DNA of 62,056 nt, taken from positions 1 to 62,056 of IMG/VR virus record IMGVR_UViG_3300012920_000038. One strand, written 5' to 3'. How positions within the stretch are numbered: the first letter of the stretch is position 1; each line of letters starts with the position of its first letter. The position numbers and the translations under genes are program-made. The notes under the pieces are model-generated. The model was not told where the DNA came from and ran no database searches. It saw only the letters and a list, made by a program, of their open reading frames with translations. Source of the stretch: a virus (taxonomy: Duplodnaviria; Caudoviricetes). Positions 56,596 to 62,056 of the stretch are shown one piece after another.

Positions 56596-59500
56596 ATGAA
56601 TGTAGTGCCTATCAGTGAAACAGGAATTGATGCCAATTGGTTCCCTGTACAGGCAGTTTATCCTAAAGACGGATCTGTTAATTTTCCCGGTGTTAAAGTA
56701 ACAGGTTCAGATAATATATCATTAAATTTATATGAATGTTTCAGCAATCTAAATGATAGTGATATAAACAATTATAGTCTGCTGTTGCTTACTGATAAAA
56801 GGACCATGCCGGAGATGATGGATGTAAAAACACCATCGAATCGTGTCAGTACGCAGGTTTTTACATCGACAATAATTGCAGATGATTTGGATCCATATTA
56901 TTTGTCGCTCCCGGCCGATTTTGTTGATACCGATACAACATCATATACACCCGGGTCTGTATTATTGAAATCCCCAAAACGTTACCGACAAGACAGTATA
57001 TCGATTAGAGCACATGACAGCTTATTCGAAGTCCGGGTTGATGTTGTAAAAGGCCAGACATTTGTTCAATTGTATCATGAAGCTTCTCGAAATGTTGCTA
57101 GCGTGACATATACATTAGGGTACAAAAACAATAAAATAGGATTTTATGAAGTGACAGGTAGTAAAAACAAGATGCAAACCGACTTCAAAAAAACCGCAAA
57201 CGCATGGAATAAATTTCCAGCATTTGTTGACTTTGATGACAATAGTTTCGTGATATTGACTCCGGACAAAAAAAGTGTTATTCGTCCAGATGTTATAACA
57301 TCAGAGTTACGGGCAGTACCACATGATGCAGGTAATATAGATGTTAACAAGACGCAGATGCATGACATGAAAAATGTATTTCGTTTTTCAAACAGGGTTG
57401 TGTCAAAAGATCAATTTGCAAATAATATCATGTCTAACAATTGGGTTGTGTATGAAGATAAACCATACATCAATCATGTAAACATATCTGCTAAAAACAC
57501 GCACATCAACAACAAAAACAATTTTTTAATCAACAGCGAGTACAACAACGTTAAATTTAACAACAAGACTGGTAAATACGATCTCCCGCTTGATATCACA
57601 CCATTAAAAAACCAGCTGTCAGTAAGTAACAATAATGTTGTAAACAACATATACAGGCGCAAACAAGGCAGTGTTAGAGATTATAACAAGATCTTCTCCG
57701 GCTCCAATCAAACACTAGGTTATGAAAATATTAGTTTAGGATTTGATACATATTTGAACCAACTGCATTTACCTGCTGGTAAAATAACTTATTTTCACAC
57801 CCCGAACAACATACACCCATTCAAAATAATCAACATAAATGACAGTGGATTGATCGAGTGCGGCTCTGTTGCCGGTGACACGCCGTTGCGGGCAGATAAA
57901 ATATTCAAAAAACGTGCTGGTTATCCAAACAACACAAACCACGGTACAGTATCAGATGAACAGAGTGGTAAATGGTTATGCGCTTGGCTGTATAAAGATC
58001 CAAAGACTTCAACAACAGTGTGGGTAGATAGATATTATTATCCAGATTTATTATCAAGTGCCGAGGCTTTAAAATTTACAGTTGATGATCCGCTTATTGA
58101 ATATGACACACAATATTCAGACAGAATTTCGAAAATCGGTCCATCAACACTTGTATTTGATAAAAAGAGTGACTTATGTTTCGAGCCCGGTAGTTTGTAT
58201 GCATATTATCATCTTGGGATGCACGATTTGGAGCAAATAAAACGAATCACAGATGAAAATTTTATTCGTTTGTCTGCAAATAAAATAAACGACATCACAA
58301 ACCCTTTCAATAACACAGAGTTGATTGAATCAGAATCAACTTTGTTCAATAGTGACACTAAAGACTATTCATTCATTAAAATACCAGAGAATCGTGAGAC
58401 AAAGAATAACATGACGATATCTTGTACGTTGCATAGTGAAGATTGGACTAAACGTTTCGGTAGCGTGGTCCTAGGAAACTACATGGAAACCGGCATGAGC
58501 TTGGTTAATAAGCGAATAATGTCACCAATACAGTTGCTGAGACATAACGAGTTTATTTATGTATACAACAACGATTTTAAAAAGATAAACACAATAAATG
58601 TAGGTAGAACCGATTTTAAAATAGTCGAGTCTGAGTATTTTCAGTCACTATCTGTTCTATATGAAGAAGACGGTAAATTGTTATTAAACAGATACAGCAC
58701 CATGTCACCATACCTCGTGAACAAACATGTTGTTGATGATGAATGGGCAGATAAAAAAGTATCTCTGGCGGATACACCTTTGAAATCATTTGATGATCGC
58801 GCTTATCTATTGTATGATAAAGCAACAGCACAATGCATTGAGATCGATACTGTGTCACTCATGACACAAACTTTCTCTGCAGAATACATGGCTGATATTG
58901 ATGAATTGCAGGGACAATTAAGCTTTTCAACCGAAAACATAATACCAACAGACGATCATATATATGTGTTTGACGATGTGATGCATCGTGTTGACGGTAA
59001 CGGTCATGTGTGGATTGTTGGATCGGACAATCGTACGATATATCGCTTCGATCCCGAGATCAGTCAATTCACTGGCGAGGTCAAACTTGTGGATAATACA
59101 AAAAAATCTGGTGCTCCATTTTCTGTATATTTTCCTGGCGGTGAGATTGTTGATATAAAATTTGATCAACACAACAATCTGTGGATACTACACACATTAG
59201 AGGGATTGCTTGTATGTAAAAAAATTGCCCCGGATAGAATCAACTCTGAAACAAAAGAGATTCTCGCGGATTTATCACTACAAACATCCGGATCAGCTAC
59301 ACTGCCAGACAGTTGGTTCCGGGATGAATATCTGGGTGTATCATATAATGTAGCACTTGCGAAAAATGAATCAACCTCGTCGCTTGCTGGGGGATGGGTG
59401 TATTCAATTGATCTCAAAACATTCGTATATGCACAAGAACGAGAAAAAGACAAACCAGCACCCAGGTGGTACTGGATTGACAAACTTGGATGGTTATACT

Positions 59501-61245
59501 TCTCACGAATCATACCGAAAGACAGTGTGTATATGGATTTCATTGCAGACACACAACAGGACAGCATTTATTTCTTGTTTGATAGCGGTTTTGATGAATC
59601 AAGAGCAATAGCCAACACGTTGATATACAGTCAAGATACTAAAGGTTGGGTACTAGGTTCTGATTTACTAGAGATTGTAGACGCTGGAAAACCACTTGAC
59701 ACGGTCGAATGGAAATCAACACAAGAGCAAATCTCAGATGCTCAATCGCAACTTGGCATGCAGAGCAGCACACTAGATGGTTTATTGAATTTGTCTAACA
59801 CAACTATATCTAAACCTGGTAGTGTGGTGAAAAAATATACATTAGATGGTGAGTATGTTGATACATACACGATCGATGACGAACTTGTTATTGCCAATTT
59901 GTACAAACAAGATGTGTCTGGCATGCAATATCTTGTGCAATCATATTACAAATATGATAAAAGCAACTGGTTGTTCACCAAAATGCGTGTGGTGAATCCG
60001 GCGGATTCTGATGATCAATTAGAAATTGCTTTGCGCGCTAATGTTTCAGAATTTGTGAAAGGTGCACATGACGTGGTGATTGTTGGTGATAGTGAAAATG
60101 GTGCGTTGAGCATGTACATCGATGGAGTTTTGAGATCACAAGTGAGATTTGATGACATGAGATACAGATTTGACGAGCTGCTAGACAAAACCATATATGT
60201 TGGTACTAGCCCTGGTGCACATGGTCTACCCATGTATGACAATCTTAACAAGTATGAAGGTCTTGACATTGACAATCTGACAGTTTCAAACATCCGCGTG
60301 TACAATGACGCGTTGTACCATTATGAGATTGAGAATCTACATCGTTTACGCACTGGAATCAAGGATATAACATGGGATCACCCGGCAGGAGTACGTAACT
60401 ATATAGACACTGTATCAAAGACATTCAAACAACGCTCTCCCGGTAGAAAAAGCAATTACTATGATATTGATATCAGTATCAAGGATCCTATTGATGAAGC
60501 GTTGGCGCAGAAACTAGCTGACCACTTGTTATCAAAATTACCCGGCATGACACCGGCGAATATGATACCTAGACACATCAATTGGTCCAGCGACACACCG
60601 AACAGCACGATAAACGCGCTGATTGGCGGTTATGACGAGTATCATTATTACAGTGATTGCGTTGATTACCCGACACCAACACCTACACCGGTGCAAATCA
60701 CGCCAACACCGACCCCTACAGCCACCGTCGCACCCACACCTACACCTTTACCAGTTCAAGAGCCATTACCAGTTGAAACACCACCTCCGGTGCCAACAGA
60801 AACACCGGAACCGACACCTACACCCGCACCTACATCATCACCTACACCAACTTTACCTCCAACACCTGAGCCTACACCTGAACCGACTCCTGAACCCACA
60901 CCGGTACCAACTCCGGTACCTGTTGCAGATCCGTGTCTTGGATATGCACACACTGTTGAGATTACACAGAGCGACATGAAAGATGCATCTACTGGCTTCA
61001 CACAAAAAACAGACAATCAAATAAGTTTTGAGTTTTTCCCTGTCGGTTCTAAAATATGTCATTTTGGAGCCAGTGGTGGTACAGCTAACGCCACAACAGT
61101 GTATCTGGATACACAAGCAATAGCAGTAATTTACTGGAATGGAAGTGTTATTAATTCCAATATACGATACATAACACCAGCTGGAATAATATATGAAGGC
61201 ACAATAAATGTTTCTGGAGGCACAACAGTGCTGTCACAAGTATGA
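56596..61245 (+). CDS. Large virion protein with LamG/concanavalin-like and propeller-like regions and a Pro/Thr-rich linker
   Basis: HDVVIV...LSMYIDG...IYVG...[11 protein letters not shown]...EIENL (LamG-like); DxxxNLWIL blades; PTPTP tract near the C-terminus. Confidence 0.65.
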   Translation: MNVVPISETGIDANWFPVQAVYPKDGSVNFPGVKVTGSDNISLNLYECFSNLNDSDINNYSLLLLTDKRTMPEMMDVKTPSNRVSTQVFTSTIIADDLDPYYLSLPADFVDTDTTSYTPGSVLLKSPKRYRQDSISIRAHDSLFEVRVDVVKGQTFVQLYHEASRNVASVTYTLGYKNNKIGFYEVTGSKNKMQTDFKKTANAWNKFPAFVDFDDNSFVILTPDKKSVIRPDVITSELRAVPHDAGNIDVNKTQMHDMKNVFRFSNRVVSKDQFANNIMSNNWVVYEDKPYINHVNISAKNTHINNKNNFLINSEYNNVKFNNKTGKYDLPLDITPLKNQLSVSNNNVVNNIYRRKQGSVRDYNKIFSGSNQTLGYENISLGFDTYLNQLHLPAGKITYFHTPNNIHPFKIININDSGLIECGSVAGDTPLRADKIFKKRAGYPNNTNHGTVSDEQSGKWLCAWLYKDPKTSTTVWVDRYYYPDLLSSAEALKFTVDDPLIEYDTQYSDRISKIGPSTLVFDKKSDLCFEPGSLYAYYHLGMHDLEQIKRITDENFIRLSANKINDITNPFNNTELIESESTLFNSDTKDYSFIKIPENRETKNNMTISCTLHSEDWTKRFGSVVLGNYMETGMSLVNKRIMSPIQLLRHNEFIYVYNNDFKKINTINVGRTDFKIVESEYFQSLSVLYEEDGKLLLNRYSTMSPYLVNKHVVDDEWADKKVSLADTPLKSFDDRAYLLYDKATAQCIEIDTVSLMTQTFSAEYMADIDELQGQLSFSTENIIPTDDHIYVFDDVMHRVDGNGHVWIVGSDNRTIYRFDPEISQFTGEVKLVDNTKKSGAPFSVYFPGGEIVDIKFDQHNNLWILHTLEGLLVCKKIAPDRINSETKEILADLSLQTSGSATLPDSWFRDEYLGVSYNVALAKNESTSSLAGGWVYSIDLKTFVYAQEREKDKPAPRWYWIDKLGWLYFSRIIPKDSVYMDFIADTQQDSIYFLFDSGFDESRAIANTLIYSQDTKGWVLGSDLLEIVDAGKPLDTVEWKSTQEQISDAQSQLGMQSSTLDGLLNLSNTTISKPGSVVKKYTLDGEYVDTYTIDDELVIANLYKQDVSGMQYLVQSYYKYDKSNWLFTKMRVVNPADSDDQLEIALRANVSEFVKGAHDVVIVGDSENGALSMYIDGVLRSQVRFDDMRYRFDELLDKTIYVGTSPGAHGLPMYDNLNKYEGLDIDNLTVSNIRVYNDALYHYEIENLHRLRTGIKDITWDHPAGVRNYIDTVSKTFKQRSPGRKSNYYDIDISIKDPIDEALAQKLADHLLSKLPGMTPANMIPRHINWSSDTPNSTINALIGGYDEYHYYSDCVDYPTPTPTPVQITPTPTPTATVAPTPTPLPVQEPLPVETPPPVPTETPEPTPTPAPTSSPTPTLPPTPEPTPEPTPEPTPVPTPVPVADPCLGYAHTVEITQSDMKDASTGFTQKTDNQISFEFFPVGSKICHFGASGGTANATTVYLDTQAIAVIYWNGSVINSNIRYITPAGIIYEGTINVSGGTTVLSQV
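60670..60924 (+). repeat. Pro/Thr(/Glu)-rich low-complexity coding tract
   Basis: [16 protein letters not shown]...[19 protein letters not shown]. Confidence 0.9.
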
Positions 61246-62056
61246 AACTAACAGAAGAGTATAACTATGGATGGTACGGACAATGTGGTTCTGATCCTTG
61301 TGAGCCTCTGGATCTAAACTCATACACAAACACAATTGCAGCTGTCTTTCAAATAAACGAAGATGGTAATAGTTATGTTAATTGGGACCCAAACAGACCA
61401 GCGCTTCTGAATCGGTTCACCACACTAGAGTGTGGACGAGCATACAACATCCGGCTCACACAACAAGCCCTGGATTCAGGTGGTGTTGACATACCTAATT
61501 TTATCAGAACTGACGAAGGAACCACAGGTGCGATCAAGCTGTTGGCTGACGGTTGTGCTGCAGCAAGTCAACCAACACCTACACCAGCTGCCACACAAAA
61601 ACCGGTGCGACCGCCAAACCGACCTGACCCGACACCGGTACCAACACCCACTTTACGTCGTGCACCTACACCGTTTCCTACACCAACCCTACGACCCACA
61701 CCAACATTACGACCCACACCGACATTACGAGCGATTCCACCAGATGGTGTACCACTACCAACGCCAACTGCGTTTCCTCCCCCGACACCATACCCGTCCC
61801 CGACACTCCGTCCAGATCCAACACCGTACCCGACATTAACGTTACGTCCAACACCCACACCATACCCCACACCAACAGCGTATGAACCGTACCGACCTAT
61901 AAGACCTCCTAACCGACCGGACCCCACACCGTATCCTACACCAACACCATATCCAACACCAACAGCGTATCCTCGTCCAACAAACCGTCCGGATCCAACG
62001 CCGTATACAATCACCTCGACACCATTACCGACATTGACGTTGTATCCAACGCTAAC
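61242..62056 (+). CDS. 3'-partial virion-like protein: Cys-containing N-terminal domain plus long Pro/Thr/Arg/Tyr repeat (absent from the ORF track)
   Basis: ATG overlaps the previous stop (ATGA 61242-61245); [23 protein letters not shown]... stays open to the window end with [14 protein letters not shown] and [10 protein letters not shown] units. Confidence 0.85.
   Translation, partial: MKLTEEYNYGWYGQCGSDPCEPLDLNSYTNTIAAVFQINEDGNSYVNWDPNRPALLNRFTTLECGRAYNIRLTQQALDSGGVDIPNFIRTDEGTTGAIKLLADGCAAASQPTPTPAATQKPVRPPNRPDPTPVPTPTLRRAPTPFPTPTLRPTPTLRPTPTLRAIPPDGVPLPTPTAFPPPTPYPSPTLRPDPTPYPTLTLRPTPTPYPTPTAYEPYRPIRPPNRPDPTPYPTPTPYPTPTAYPRPTNRPDPTPYTITSTPLPTLTLYPTL

Noticed and set aside
61568-62014. 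Minus-strand ORF with silk/elastin-like GVGYGVG repeats
   Set aside because: It is the antisense shadow of the plus-strand Pro/Thr repeat gene starting at 61242; the same applies to 60756-61016.
1-62056. Stop-codon reassignment, as seen in some large phages
   Set aside because: Core genes are full length under the standard code, and TAA, TGA and TAG all terminate genes at sensible positions.
1-62056. tRNA or structured ncRNA genes
   Set aside because: Intergenic gaps are nearly all under about 90 nt and are accounted for by promoters and terminators. I saw no cloverleaf by eye; tRNAscan-SE or Infernal would be decisive.

Overview
This window is a gene-dense, AT-rich segment of a large T4-like (Tevenvirinae-related) myovirus genome in the standard genetic code. 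I found no tRNA, rRNA, CRISPR array or integrase. The left ~24 kb is a replication, recombination and late-transcription module: gp55, gp47/46, gp43 DNA polymerase, UvsX, gp41, gp32, gp45, RNase H and gp61. It is interspersed with accessory genes: two glycosyltransferases, a nucleotide-rhamnose epimerase/reductase, QueC with a class II glutamine amidotransferase, a DHH phosphoesterase and a DoxX-like protein. The right ~38 kb is a rearranged morphogenesis module: gp14, gp17, gp3, gp18, gp19, baseplate genes, three paralogous tape-measure-like genes, a probable gp16, dUTPase, gp44, gp25, gp6 and very large Pro/Thr-rich virion proteins. Three observations stand out. (1) Nearly every transcription unit looks leaderless, with late promoters ATAA(A/G)TA-N5-start and sigma70-type promoters TTGnnn-N16-TATAAT-N6-start. 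(2) A QueC + amidotransferase + glycosyltransferase cluster coupled to the helicase suggests a 7-deazaguanine and/or glycosyl modification system. (3) A trio of paralogous tape-measure-like proteins carries different low-complexity inserts. All product calls come from motif recognition and gene context by eye; no searches were run.
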